Shown here one piece after another: positions 1 to 9,463 of a stretch of DNA of 64,000 bases. The notes beneath the pieces are model-generated. The model was given only the letters and a program-made list of their open reading frames with translations. It had not been told where the DNA came from and searched no databases. The stretch is taken from NCBI GenBank assembly GCA_965648905.1, contig CBFGIT010000005.1:3097-67096 (forward strand). The letters run 5' to 3'. Source of the DNA: a candidate division WOR-3 bacterium (GTDB lineage Bacteria; Hydrothermota; Tepidihabitantia; Tepidihabitantales; Tepidihabitantaceae). Each line of letters starts with the position of its first letter. Positions within the stretch are counted from its first letter, which is position 1. The translations under genes were made by a program, and so were the position numbers.

Positions 1-1
1 C

Positions 2-973
2 GGGTCAAAGCGGACCATGGAGGTCGGCGTCGTGAACTCGCCTGAGCTCATCTGTCTGCCGTATAAGATAACCCTGGGCAACATGCTCGAGGCGGCCGAA
101 CGCGGCGCGGATACGATTCTGATGGCCGCGGGTGCACGCAAGTGCCGGTTCGGGTACTACTGCTATCTGCAGGAGAGAACGCTGGCCGAGATGTATCCGG
201 GTTGCCGGTTCGTGGCCGTCACCCAGTACTCGCCGTACCAGTTCTTCTTTCGGGTGATGCCCGGTCTGTTCGGGGTCTCGCCGACCAGGGTCTTCCGGGC
301 AACGGCCAAGATGTATGCCAAGAGCCAGCTCACACTCGAGTTCCGGCAACTGCTGAACCGGAAGCGGGCCGTGGACTTCGAGGAGGGCGAACGACTTCGC
401 TCCCGGGCGCTCGGGATTGTCGAGCAGGCTCGAACGATGTCTCAGGTTCGTGCGGCCCGGAGACAACTCCGGAAGATGTTTGCGCTGGGCGGCAGGCGAC
501 CGGCGCTGCGGCTCGGGCTGGTCGGTGAGATATACTTTACAATTGAGCAGTTCGCCAACGGCGACATCGAGAAGGAGCTGAATCGCCTCGGCTGCGAGGT
601 GGTGTTCGAGCGGAGTCTTTACCATCACATATTGCACGTGCTGCACATCAATCTGCGTTCGGCGTGGAGCCACTGGCGGGCACGGCGGTACCTTGCGGAG
701 TGTCCGGGCGGCGAGGCAATGCGCACGGTCGGCGAGTCGGCGCGGTTTGCCCGTGCCGGGCTGGACGGTATCGTCCATGTCTTTCCTTTCACGTGCATGC
801 CGGAGAATATCGCGCTTGAGGCACTGCAGATGATATCAGCCGAGACCGGCATCCCGATTCTGTCGTTGTCGTTTGACGAACACACGTCGCGCACCGGGCT
901 CCTGACCCGGCTTGAGGCGTTTGTTGACCTGGTGGAGCGGAGAAAGAATGGTCGAAGGTTTTCTGGGAATTGA
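2..973 (+). CDS. DUF2229-type domain protein (partner domain of CoA-substrate-specific enzyme activases); probably 5'-truncated at the window edge
   Basis: The reading frame is open to the window start. Family-typical motifs such as VHVFPFTCMPE are present. An activase-type ATPase gene overlaps its 3' end. Confidence 0.55.
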   Translation, partial: GSKRTMEVGVVNSPELICLPYKITLGNMLEAAERGADTILMAAGARKCRFGYYCYLQERTLAEMYPGCRFVAVTQYSPYQFFFRVMPGLFGVSPTRVFRATAKMYAKSQLTLEFRQLLNRKRAVDFEEGERLRSRALGIVEQARTMSQVRAARRQLRKMFALGGRRPALRLGLVGEIYFTIEQFANGDIEKELNRLGCEVVFERSLYHHILHVLHINLRSAWSHWRARRYLAECPGGEAMRTVGESARFARAGLDGIVHVFPFTCMPENIALEALQMISAETGIPILSLSFDEHTSRTGLLTRLEAFVDLVERRKNGRRFSGN

Positions 974-1907
974 CGTCGGCTCGATTTCGACCAAGGGCGT
1001 GGTCGTGGACCGGGGTTTCCAAGTGGTGGCGAGCCGGTACCTGCGCACTCAGGGCAACCCGATTGATTCGATTCGGCGCCTGGTTGCCGAACTCGGCCGG
1101 GAGGTCGACTCGAACGTGCGCATCCTCGGTGCCGGTACGACCGGGTCGGCACGGCGGCTGGCCGGTGTGATGGTTCAGGCCGACATTGTGAAGAACGAGA
1201 TTATCGCCCACGCAGTCGCGGCCGGGCACTTCCATCCGGACGCCCGCACGGTTCTGGAAATCGGCGGCCAGGATTCGAAGATTATCATCCTGCGCGACGG
1301 TATCCCGACTGACTTTGCGATGAACACGGTCTGCGCCGCGGGCACAGGCAGCTTTCTCGACCATCAGGCGACCCGGCTCGGGATTCCGATTGAGGAGTTC
1401 GGCGGGCTGGCCCTGCGGGCAAAGAACCGGGTCAACATCGCGGGCCGGTGTACGGTCTTTGCCGAGTCGGACATGATTCACAAGGCTCAGCTCGGCATGT
1501 CGGCCGAGGACATCGTTGCCGGGCTGTGCGATGCGATTGTCCGCAACTACCTGAACACGGTGGCCAAGGGGAAGAAGGTCCTGCCCAAGGTGCTGTTTCA
1601 GGGCGGGGTTGCGGCGAACGTCGGCGTGAGAAGAGCGTTCGAGCGGGCACTAGACCAGGAGGTGGTTGTGCCGGAGCACTTTCTTGTGATGGGGGCGTTC
1701 GGTGCGGCGCTTTTGGCCGCGGAAGAGGTCGAGGACCGCGCGACCCGGTTCACCGGCTTCGAGGTGGCGGAACTGGACTTTCGGACCCGGGCGTTTGAGT
1801 GTGACGGCTGTCCGAACCGGTGTGAAGTGGTCGAGACCATGCGCGAAGCCGAGGTGATTGACCGGCATGGCGACCGGTGCGGCAAGTGGTCGAAGGTTGA
1901 AGCATGA
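948..1907 (+). CDS. BadF/BadG/BcrA/BcrD-type ATPase (acyl-CoA dehydratase activase-like, HgdC family)
   Basis: Starts MVEGFLGIDVGSISTKGVVVD, the actin-fold ATPase signature of the dehydratase activases. A two-Cys C-terminal motif (CDGCPNRC) is present. Its start overlaps the upstream DUF2229 gene. Confidence 0.7.
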   Translation: MVEGFLGIDVGSISTKGVVVDRGFQVVASRYLRTQGNPIDSIRRLVAELGREVDSNVRILGAGTTGSARRLAGVMVQADIVKNEIIAHAVAAGHFHPDARTVLEIGGQDSKIIILRDGIPTDFAMNTVCAAGTGSFLDHQATRLGIPIEEFGGLALRAKNRVNIAGRCTVFAESDMIHKAQLGMSAEDIVAGLCDAIVRNYLNTVAKGKKVLPKVLFQGGVAANVGVRRAFERALDQEVVVPEHFLVMGAFGAALLAAEEVEDRATRFTGFEVAELDFRTRAFECDGCPNRCEVVETMREAEVIDRHGDRCGKWSKVEA

Positions 1908-1941
1908 TTGACAGGCACGCACCGCCCGGCTACCATGTCCG

Positions 1942-3450
1942 GTGCGCGCACAACTGGCGTGGCCCATGACGCTCACTGCCGGTCTGGTGCTGCTCTGCTG
2001 TGCTGCGCCCGGGGCGTCACGCCCCAAGGAGGCCCCAATGACAAGACAACCTGCGGTTGCCGGTCAGTTCTATCCGGCCGACGTCAGGACTCTCACCGCC
2101 ATGGTCGATACGATGCTCGCCGACGCGCTCGCGCCCGAGTTGTCCGGCGAGCTGGTTGCCATCCAGGTGCCACATGCCGGCTATCCCTACTCCGGGCCGA
2201 CCGCGGCCCGGGCGTTCCGACTGCTTGCGGGTCGCGACGGCGCGACCGTGGTGATGTTCGGCACGAGCCATCGGGCATTCATCCAGCAGGCCGCGGTGTA
2301 TGCCCGTGGGGCATGGCGCACGCCGCTGGGCGAAGTGCCGGTCGATGAGGAGCTGGCGCGCGCCATCCTTGACGCCGACAACTTCTTCATCGAGTCGGAG
2401 CGGGCACATGGCGAAGAACACTCGCTCGAGGTGCAACTGCCATTTCTTCAGCGGGTGCTGTCTTCGTTCCGGATTGTGCCAATCATGTTTCTGCGGCCGA
2501 GCTTCGAGCAGTGCGAACGCGCGGGCCGGGCCGTCGCCCGCGCCTGCCAGGGCCGAAATGCGGTCCTCCTCGCATCCACCGACCTGTATCATGGTGAATC
2601 GTACGCCGAGGCGGTTCGGACCGATTCGGTTACCGTTGAGCTGCTGGCCCGGTTTGAGCCGGAGGAGCTGTACCGGGCTTTGGCCGAGGAGCGGGCGCAG
2701 GCCTGCGGCGGGTATGCGGTCGTGGCGATGATGGTCGCGGCCCGCGAACTCGGCGCCGACCGGGCAACGGTGCTGGCGCAGACGAACTCCAATGACGTGA
2801 CCGGGCAGCAGGGCGGTTACTGTGTCGGCTACAGCGCCGTAGCGTTCTCGGGCCGGCCGAGCGCGTCCCGAGAGGCGAGTGACGAGTTGAGCATTGCCGA
2901 GCAGAAGAGCCTGCTTGCAATTGCCCGCAATACGCTCGAAACGCACGTCCGGACCGGCAGGGTGATGCCGGCCGAGGCCGCAACCGCGCTGCTTGCAGAG
3001 AAACGGGGCGCGTTTGTTACCCTGCACAAGCACGGTGAGCTGCGCGGCTGCATCGGTTACGTCGAGGCGGTGAAGCCGCTGTACCAGGCGGTGAGCGATA
3101 TGGCGGTGGCGGCGTCAAGCGAAGACCCGCGTTTTCCGCCCGTGACCCCGGAAGAGCTCGATGACATTGACATCGAAGTCACCGTGCTCAGTCCGCTGCG
3201 CCGGCTCGGTTCGCCGGACTCGGTTGTCGTCGGCCGGCACGGACTGGTGATTCGCAAAGGGTTTCACTCGGGCCTGCTGCTGCCCCAGGTGCCGATTGAG
3301 CAGGGCTGGAACCGGGAGCAATTCCTCGCTCACACCTGCCGCAAGGCCGGGCTGGCGCCGACCGCCTGGCAGGACCCTGATGCCCAGTTGTTCTGCTTCA
3401 CCGGCCAGGTCTTTGGCGAGAAGACCCTGGGACGAGGCGGCGGCAGGTGA
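1942..3450 (+). CDS. Fusion protein with an N-terminal Memo-like domain (AmmeMemoRadiSam system protein B family) and a C-terminal AMMECR1 domain. The N terminus looks like a signal or lipoprotein peptide.
   Basis: The Memo-like portion includes AGQFYPA and HAGYPYSGPTAA. The AMMECR1 portion includes GAFVTLHKHGELRGCIGYVEAVKPL and EDPRFPPV. Both lie in one ORF of 502 aa. Confidence 0.7.
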   Translation: MRAQLAWPMTLTAGLVLLCCAAPGASRPKEAPMTRQPAVAGQFYPADVRTLTAMVDTMLADALAPELSGELVAIQVPHAGYPYSGPTAARAFRLLAGRDGATVVMFGTSHRAFIQQAAVYARGAWRTPLGEVPVDEELARAILDADNFFIESERAHGEEHSLEVQLPFLQRVLSSFRIVPIMFLRPSFEQCERAGRAVARACQGRNAVLLASTDLYHGESYAEAVRTDSVTVELLARFEPEELYRALAEERAQACGGYAVVAMMVAARELGADRATVLAQTNSNDVTGQQGGYCVGYSAVAFSGRPSASREASDELSIAEQKSLLAIARNTLETHVRTGRVMPAEAATALLAEKRGAFVTLHKHGELRGCIGYVEAVKPLYQAVSDMAVAASSEDPRFPPVTPEELDDIDIEVTVLSPLRRLGSPDSVVVGRHGLVIRKGFHSGLLLPQVPIEQGWNREQFLAHTCRKAGLAPTAWQDPDAQLFCFTGQVFGEKTLGRGGGR

Positions 3451-3475
3451 GCCGGCGCTGGTCACTCAACCAGAG

Positions 3476-3503
3476 TTGAACTTGGTCGGATTCGCGGTAG
3501 AAT
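3476..3503 (+). promoter_or_regulatory. sigma70-type promoter for the HerA-like gene (TTGAAC, 16 nt spacer, TAGAAT)
   Basis: Hexamers were read directly from the sequence. The RBS AGAGGAG at 3537-3543 precedes a GTG start at 3550. Confidence 0.5.
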
Positions 3504-3549
3504 TATCAAGTTGATTAGTCATTTCCTGGGTCAAGAAGAGGAGTAGCTT

Positions 3550-5184
3550 GTGGACCAGAGCGCAGGCGTAGACGTTGGTTATGTGGTCGAGGTCAATGGC
3601 GAACGGGCACTGGTCGAACTGACCGTTGATACGACCGTGCCGCTGGCCTGCGACTACTATGCGGGACAACCCGGCTCTCACGTCAAGATTCCGTTTCACA
3701 ATCAGAACATTATCGGCATCGTCTCGAGCATCAAGATGCTTGAGGGCAATGGTCACAACGGCGCCCGGCCTGAGCCGCGCCGGGTTGCCGACTGCGTGTT
3801 GATTGGTACTCTGCTTGAGAACGGCCGGTTCGCGCGCGGCGTGGCGGTCTATCCGACGGTTGGGCAGCCCGTGAAGATGGTGACGGCCGACGAGTTGAGC
3901 GGCGTTTTCTCCGAGTACGTCCGCTACGGCTACTCGTTCGGCTGCCCGACCCAGGCCGATGAGCAGCGGGCTTTCGTGAACGTTGACCGGTTCTTCGGCC
4001 AACACATTGCCGTGGTCGGCACGACCGGCTGCGGCAAGTCCTGTACGGTCGTCAGCATGCTGCAGCAGGCGGTACGCAAGTACCCGAACACCCACATCAT
4101 CGTCCTGGACCTGCACGGCGAGTACGCCGCGGCCTTTCCTGATGACGATGTGCTGCTGATTGACGCCGACAAGGTGGAATTGCCCTACTGGGTGTTGAAC
4201 TTCGAGGAGTTCTGCGACCTGTGCATTGACCCGAACGAGACCAGCGCCCGAAATCAGGTAACGGTGCTGCATGACGGCCTGGTTCGAGCACGCGAGGGTA
4301 CGGTGGGTGCGGAGAAGCTGCGCAAGGGTGACTCGGTCACTGCCGATTCGCCGGTCTGGTTCGATATTGAAGACCTGCTGACCCAGATTCGAAGCTGGAA
4401 CATCCAGATGGTGCCGAATGCGACGGGCGAGCTTGAACCCGGGCCGTTGTACGGCGCTTTTGACCGGTTCCTGATTCGACTCGACAGCAAGGTCAATGAC
4501 CCACGCTACAAGTTCATGTTCGGCCCGACCCGCTACACCGACAACGACAGCCTGGTGCGGCTGCTGCGTGAGTACCTTTCAATCAACACCGGCAAGCGGA
4601 TGGCAATTGTCGACCTGTCCGGGGTTCCCTCGGAAGCGATCGGCGTAGTCGTGGCCGTTGTCTCGCGGATGGTGTTTGAGTTCAATCTCTGGAACCCGGA
4701 GCATGAACGGTTTCCGGTGCTGCTGGTACTCGAAGAGGCGCACAACTATGTGCCGAGCCGCAATGAAGGCCGGTTCACCGCGGCCCGGGCCGCAGTCGAA
4801 CGGATCACCAAGGAAGGCCGCAAGTACGGCATCGGGCTGGTCGTGGTCAGCCAGCGGCCAAAAGAGCTTTCTGAGACGGTGCTCTCGCAGTGCAACAACT
4901 TCGTGGCCATGCGGCTGACCAATCCGGACGACCAGGCCTACATCCGCAAGCTTGTGCCCGACTCGATGGCCGGTCTGATGACGATGCTGCCGTCGCTGCG
5001 CACCGGTGAGGCGCTGGTGCTCGGGGACGCCGTGGTCCTGCCGACGCGCGTCAAGGTTGACTGCCCGGACCCGAAGCCGATGAGTGCCGACGTCGAGTTC
5101 GCCAAGTGGTGGTCAGAGGGGCTTGCTGACCTTGACGTGGACCGGATTGTCAAGCGCTGGCGCGCCCGGCGCAAGGACATCTAG
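3550..5184 (+). CDS. HerA-like (DUF87, FtsK/HerA superfamily) ATPase
   Basis: Walker A GTTGCGKS is followed by a DLHGEY motif, the HerA signature (DPHGEY-like). There is an N-terminal barrel-like region and a Walker B LLVLEEAH. Confidence 0.75.
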   Translation: MDQSAGVDVGYVVEVNGERALVELTVDTTVPLACDYYAGQPGSHVKIPFHNQNIIGIVSSIKMLEGNGHNGARPEPRRVADCVLIGTLLENGRFARGVAVYPTVGQPVKMVTADELSGVFSEYVRYGYSFGCPTQADEQRAFVNVDRFFGQHIAVVGTTGCGKSCTVVSMLQQAVRKYPNTHIIVLDLHGEYAAAFPDDDVLLIDADKVELPYWVLNFEEFCDLCIDPNETSARNQVTVLHDGLVRAREGTVGAEKLRKGDSVTADSPVWFDIEDLLTQIRSWNIQMVPNATGELEPGPLYGAFDRFLIRLDSKVNDPRYKFMFGPTRYTDNDSLVRLLREYLSINTGKRMAIVDLSGVPSEAIGVVVAVVSRMVFEFNLWNPEHERFPVLLVLEEAHNYVPSRNEGRFTAARAAVERITKEGRKYGIGLVVVSQRPKELSETVLSQCNNFVAMRLTNPDDQAYIRKLVPDSMAGLMTMLPSLRTGEALVLGDAVVLPTRVKVDCPDPKPMSADVEFAKWWSEGLADLDVDRIVKRWRARRKDI

Positions 5185-5321
5185 CCTCCCGGTCTCCGGC
5201 TGCCTTCCCGGTTCATCGGAGTCTGTCGCCCAGCGCCGGGTGGCTTGACTTCGGCGGCAAATCGGCCATTATGTAGCGTGTACGTTGCCGGAACTGGTCC
5301 CGCCGTCATGAGGAGGTCACC

Positions 5322-5762
5322 ATGTTTGAGTTGAAGCCGATTGTCTGGATTGTCTGTGGCGTGGTCCTCGCTGCCCTCGAGATACTGATTCCCGGGCTGG
5401 TCGTCATCTGGTTCGGTATTGCCGCGGTCGTGACCGGCATCGTGGCGTTCTTCATCCCCAATCAATACGTGCAGTTCGGGGTGTTTGTTGTCCTTTCCGG
5501 GGCGCTGGTGCTGCTGTCGCAACGCATCGCCCGTCGGATCACCAGACCGGAGCCCGAGCCGGTCGGCGCCAACCGTATGCCCGGTGCGGTCGGGGTCGTC
5601 ATCGCTGAAATCAACCCGCCCGCGGCCGGTCGCGTCAAGGTCGACGGCGACGAGTGGCGGGCCGAGGCTGCCGCGCCCATCCCGGCCGGCACCAGGGTGC
5701 GCGTCCTCAAGGTTGAGGGCACGCGCGTGTTCGTGGAACTTCTCACTGAAGGGAGAGAGTAA
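5322..5762 (+). CDS. NfeD-family membrane protein (partner of SPFH proteins)
   Basis: Two N-terminal TM helices and a C-terminal OB-like beta domain. The gene abuts the SPFH gene. Confidence 0.7.
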   Translation: MFELKPIVWIVCGVVLAALEILIPGLVVIWFGIAAVVTGIVAFFIPNQYVQFGVFVVLSGALVLLSQRIARRITRPEPEPVGANRMPGAVGVVIAEINPPAAGRVKVDGDEWRAEAAAPIPAGTRVRVLKVEGTRVFVELLTEGRE

Positions 5763-5763
5763 A

Positions 5764-6687
5764 ATGGCCGGTCTGCTTATCGCACTTATCATTCTGCTTT
5801 TCCTCATCGGCCTGATTGGCATCAAGATCGTCCGGCCCTACCAGCGGGCGTGTGTCGAGCGGCTGGGGCGGTACCAGCGCACGGTCCAGCCCGGGCTGAA
5901 CTTCATCATTCCGTTTATCGAGCGGTTGCTCAAGGTCGACATGCGCGAGCAGGTCGTGGACGTGCCGCCGCAGGAGGTCATCACCAAAGACAACGCCACG
6001 GTGACGGTCGACGCCATCATCTATTACGAGGTGACCGACCCGGTTAAGGTCCTGTACAACGTCGCCCAGTTCCGGCTCGCGACCATCAAGCTCGCCCAGA
6101 CCAACCTGCGCAACGTGGTCGGCGATTTGAGCCTTGACGAGTCGCTCACCTCACGCGAGCGCATCAACGCCAAGCTGCGCGACGTGCTCGACGAGGCGAC
6201 CGACAAGTGGGGCGCAAAGGTCACCCGGGTGGAGCTTCAGCGCATCGAGCCGCCATCGGACGTGACCGAGGCGATGCACCGGCAGATGAAGGCCGAGCGG
6301 GAGCGTCGTGCGGTCGTGCTCGAAGCCGAGGGATTCAAGACCGCCGCGATTCTCAGGGCGGACGGCGAAAAGCAGGCCAAAATCCTGCAGGCCGAAGGCC
6401 AAGCCGCGGCAATCGAGCGCGTGGCGACCGCAGACAAGTTCAAGCTGCTGACCGTGGCCGAAGGCGAAGGCCAGGCGATTGAGCGGGTCTACTCGGCAAT
6501 TCACAAGGGCAACCCGACCCGGGACCTCATCACCATCAAGTACCTCGAAGCCCTGGCGAAGATGGCCGACGGCAAGGCGACCAAGCTGTTCGTGCCCTAC
6601 GAAGCTTCGGGCGTCATCGGCGCAGTAAGCATGATTGCCGATGCGCTCAAGGAGAAGAAAGAAGAGCCCGCGCCGTCGCGGCCGTAG
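5764..6687 (+). CDS. SPFH/band-7 (stomatin/prohibitin-like) protein
   Basis: An N-terminal TM helix followed by an SPFH domain (for example [20 protein letters not shown]) and an A/E-rich coiled coil. ATG at 5764, immediately after the NfeD stop. Confidence 0.85.
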   Translation: MAGLLIALIILLFLIGLIGIKIVRPYQRACVERLGRYQRTVQPGLNFIIPFIERLLKVDMREQVVDVPPQEVITKDNATVTVDAIIYYEVTDPVKVLYNVAQFRLATIKLAQTNLRNVVGDLSLDESLTSRERINAKLRDVLDEATDKWGAKVTRVELQRIEPPSDVTEAMHRQMKAERERRAVVLEAEGFKTAAILRADGEKQAKILQAEGQAAAIERVATADKFKLLTVAEGEGQAIERVYSAIHKGNPTRDLITIKYLEALAKMADGKATKLFVPYEASGVIGAVSMIADALKEKKEEPAPSRP

Positions 6688-6733
6688 CCGCATCGGGGCA
6701 GGATACTGATACCGCAACTCGCCAGCCCGACGC

Positions 6734-9463
6734 ATGAGCGACTGGCATTGTCTTGAGTCGGACGAAGTGCTCGGTCGGCTCAGAACCGACCGAGCTCAGG
6801 GTCTGACCTCAGCCGAAGCAGCAGCCCGACTGTCCCAGCACGGGCCGAATGTCCTCGTCGAACGCGGGGCCCGGAGTTCATTTTCCATCCTCAAGGACCA
6901 GTTCGCGTCGGTCATGGTTCTTCTGCTCGTCGGCGCCGGGATCGTTTCCGCGGTGCTGGGCGAGTATACCGATGCGGCCGCAATCCTTGCGATTGTCGTG
7001 CTCAACGCCATCCTGGGTTTTGTCCAGGAGTACCGGGCCGAGCGGGCGCTCGAGGCTCTTAGGTCACTGGCCGTGCCGACGGTCAGGGTGCGGCGCGACG
7101 GTCACGTCGCGGAGATGTCGGCCCGCGAACTTGTGCCCGGCGACATCGTTCTGCTCGAGGCCGGCAGCCACGTGCCGGCGGATGGTCGGTTGCTTGAGGC
7201 GGTCAACCTGCGCGTGCAGGAAGCGACCCTGACCGGCGAGTCCGAGCCAGTGGAGAAAACCGCTGACAAGCTGGCGGCCGGTGACCGTTCACTTGGAGAC
7301 CGACGCAACATGACCTACATGGGTACTGCGGTCGTTGCCGGCCGCGGTACCATGGCTGTAACCAGTACCGGTATGTCGACTGAGCTCGGCCGCATCGCCG
7401 ACATGCTTCAGTCGGTTGAGCGTGAGCCGACGCCATTGCAGCGACGCATGGTCCAGCTCAGCCGCGGCCTGCTCTATGCGGTTGCGGTCCTGGTGGTTAT
7501 CGTGTTCCTGGTAGGTCTTCTGCACCACCGGGCCGACCTGCGCGTGCTTATCCTGACCGCCATCAGCATGGCGGTTGCGGCTGTACCTGAGGCCCTGCCG
7601 GCGGTGGTGACCATCGCTCTGGCTCTGGGTGCGCAGCGGATGCTTAAGCGCCGGGCCCTCCTGCGCAAGCTGCCGGCGGTCGAGACTCTGGGTTCGGTCG
7701 ATGTCATCTGCTCGGACAAGACCGGGACTCTGACCGAGAACCGGATGGCTGTGACTGTGCTCGACGTGGCCGGACATAGACTCGAAGTCACGCCGGAAAC
7801 AGGTCACGAGGCCATGGATGCGGCGGGCGAGCGCCGACCAGCCCTTGACCTCCTGGTTGCCGGGGGTGCGCTTTGCAACGACGCGGTGCTCGAACTCGGC
7901 GAGGATGGCCGGCATCGGGCAATCGGCGACCCGACCGAAGGTGCGCTGGTCGTAGCCGCAAGCCGGCTGGGCTTTGACAAGGCCGAGCTCGATTCGTCGC
8001 TGCCCCGGGTCGCAGAAGTGCCGTTCAGCTCCGAACGCAAGAAGATGACCACCGTCCACCGGCTGACACCGGGCCGATTCTCTGAACTGCTGTCAGTTGC
8101 CGGAATCACAACACCTTGCCTGGCGATTACCAAAGGCGCAGTCGACGTGATTCTGGCCGATGCTCAAAGTGTGGTTGACTGCTGCCGGGTTGTTCCGCTG
8201 ACCGAGGAGCTGCGCCGCCGCATCGAGGCGGCCAACAACCGTCTGGCTCAGAACGGCATGAGGGTGCTGGGTCTTGCGGTCTGTCCGCTTGATGAGTTAC
8301 CTGAGATTGTGGATGAGTCAACGGTTGAGCGGTCGTCGGTGTTTGTCGGGCTGGTGGCGATGATTGACCCGGCCCGGGCCGAGGTCAAGGACGCGGTTGC
8401 GACCTGCCGCACCGCCGGTATCAGACCAATGATGATTACCGGGGACCATCCTTTGACCGCACGCTACATCGCTGCCGAGCTGGCGATGGCTGACCCGGAA
8501 CTGCCGGTCGTGACCGGGGTTGAACTGGCACGGCTGTCGCCGGACGAGCTTGAACGTACGGTCGGCGAAACCTCGGTCTATGCCCGGGTTGCGCCCGAGC
8601 ACAAACTGGCGATCGTCGAGGCGCTGCAGAAGCGGGGCCATGTTGTGGCAATGACCGGCGACGGGGTCAATGACGCACCCGCGCTCAGGCGGGCCGATAT
8701 CGGCGTGGCAATGGGTATTACCGGGACCGACGTCTCGAAGGAGGCGGCCGACATGGTCCTGCTCGACGACAACTTCGCCACGATTGTCAACGCGGTCGAA
8801 GAGGGCCGGGTTATCTACGACAACATCCGCAAGTTCCTCAAGTACACCCTTACTTCCAATGCCGGAGAAATCTGGGTCATGCTGCTCGCGCCGTTTCTCG
8901 GCATGCCGATGGCCCTGCTGCCGGTCCAGATTCTCTGGGTGAACCTTGTGACCGATGGCCTGCCCGGTCTGGCCCTGACCGTGGAGCCGGCAGAGCGGAA
9001 CACGATGCGGCGCAAGCCGTACCACCCGTCCGACAACATTTTCGGCCGGGGCCTGGCGATTGACGTCGTCTGGGTCGGTCTCGTAATGGGCGTCACCTCG
9101 CTCGCGGTCGGCTTCTTCTCGTGGCTGGCGAATCACAACGGGCCGTGGCAGACCATGGTCTTCACGACCCTGACGATGGGTCAGATGGGCAACGCGCTTG
9201 CGACCCGCTCGGAGTGCGACTCGCTCTTCTCAGGAGGCCGCAGGGCGAACTACTTCCTCTATGGCACGGTTGTGCTTACGCTTGGACTGCAGCTCGGAGT
9301 CACCTATCTGCCGATTCTGCAGCCGGTGTTCCATACCAAGCCTCTGTCGGTGTTCGAGCTTGCCGTCAGCCTGGCGGCGAGCACTGTGGTCTTCTGGTCG
9401 ATTGAGCTGGTGAAACTCGTCAGGCGGCAGGGCGGTGTGCACTGCCGGCGCGCGCAAGGCTAG
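6734..9463 (+). CDS. P2-type cation-transporting P-type ATPase (Ca2+/Mg2+-type)
   Basis: Contains the [12 protein letters not shown] phosphorylation motif and the [12 protein letters not shown] hinge motif, about 10 TM segments and an N-terminal cation-ATPase domain. Confidence 0.9.
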   Translation: MSDWHCLESDEVLGRLRTDRAQGLTSAEAAARLSQHGPNVLVERGARSSFSILKDQFASVMVLLLVGAGIVSAVLGEYTDAAAILAIVVLNAILGFVQEYRAERALEALRSLAVPTVRVRRDGHVAEMSARELVPGDIVLLEAGSHVPADGRLLEAVNLRVQEATLTGESEPVEKTADKLAAGDRSLGDRRNMTYMGTAVVAGRGTMAVTSTGMSTELGRIADMLQSVEREPTPLQRRMVQLSRGLLYAVAVLVVIVFLVGLLHHRADLRVLILTAISMAVAAVPEALPAVVTIALALGAQRMLKRRALLRKLPAVETLGSVDVICSDKTGTLTENRMAVTVLDVAGHRLEVTPETGHEAMDAAGERRPALDLLVAGGALCNDAVLELGEDGRHRAIGDPTEGALVVAASRLGFDKAELDSSLPRVAEVPFSSERKKMTTVHRLTPGRFSELLSVAGITTPCLAITKGAVDVILADAQSVVDCCRVVPLTEELRRRIEAANNRLAQNGMRVLGLAVCPLDELPEIVDESTVERSSVFVGLVAMIDPARAEVKDAVATCRTAGIRPMMITGDHPLTARYIAAELAMADPELPVVTGVELARLSPDELERTVGETSVYARVAPEHKLAIVEALQKRGHVVAMTGDGVNDAPALRRADIGVAMGITGTDVSKEAADMVLLDDNFATIVNAVEEGRVIYDNIRKFLKYTLTSNAGEIWVMLLAPFLGMPMALLPVQILWVNLVTDGLPGLALTVEPAERNTMRRKPYHPSDNIFGRGLAIDVVWVGLVMGVTSLAVGFFSWLANHNGPWQTMVFTTLTMGQMGNALATRSECDSLFSGGRRANYFLYGTVVLTLGLQLGVTYLPILQPVFHTKPLSVFELAVSLAASTVVFWSIELVKLVRRQGGVHCRRAQG

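Noticed and set aside
5-778. 257-aa minus-strand ORF
   Set aside because: It is fully antisense to the DUF2229 gene and has an Arg/Pro-rich composition, typical of high-GC antisense frames.
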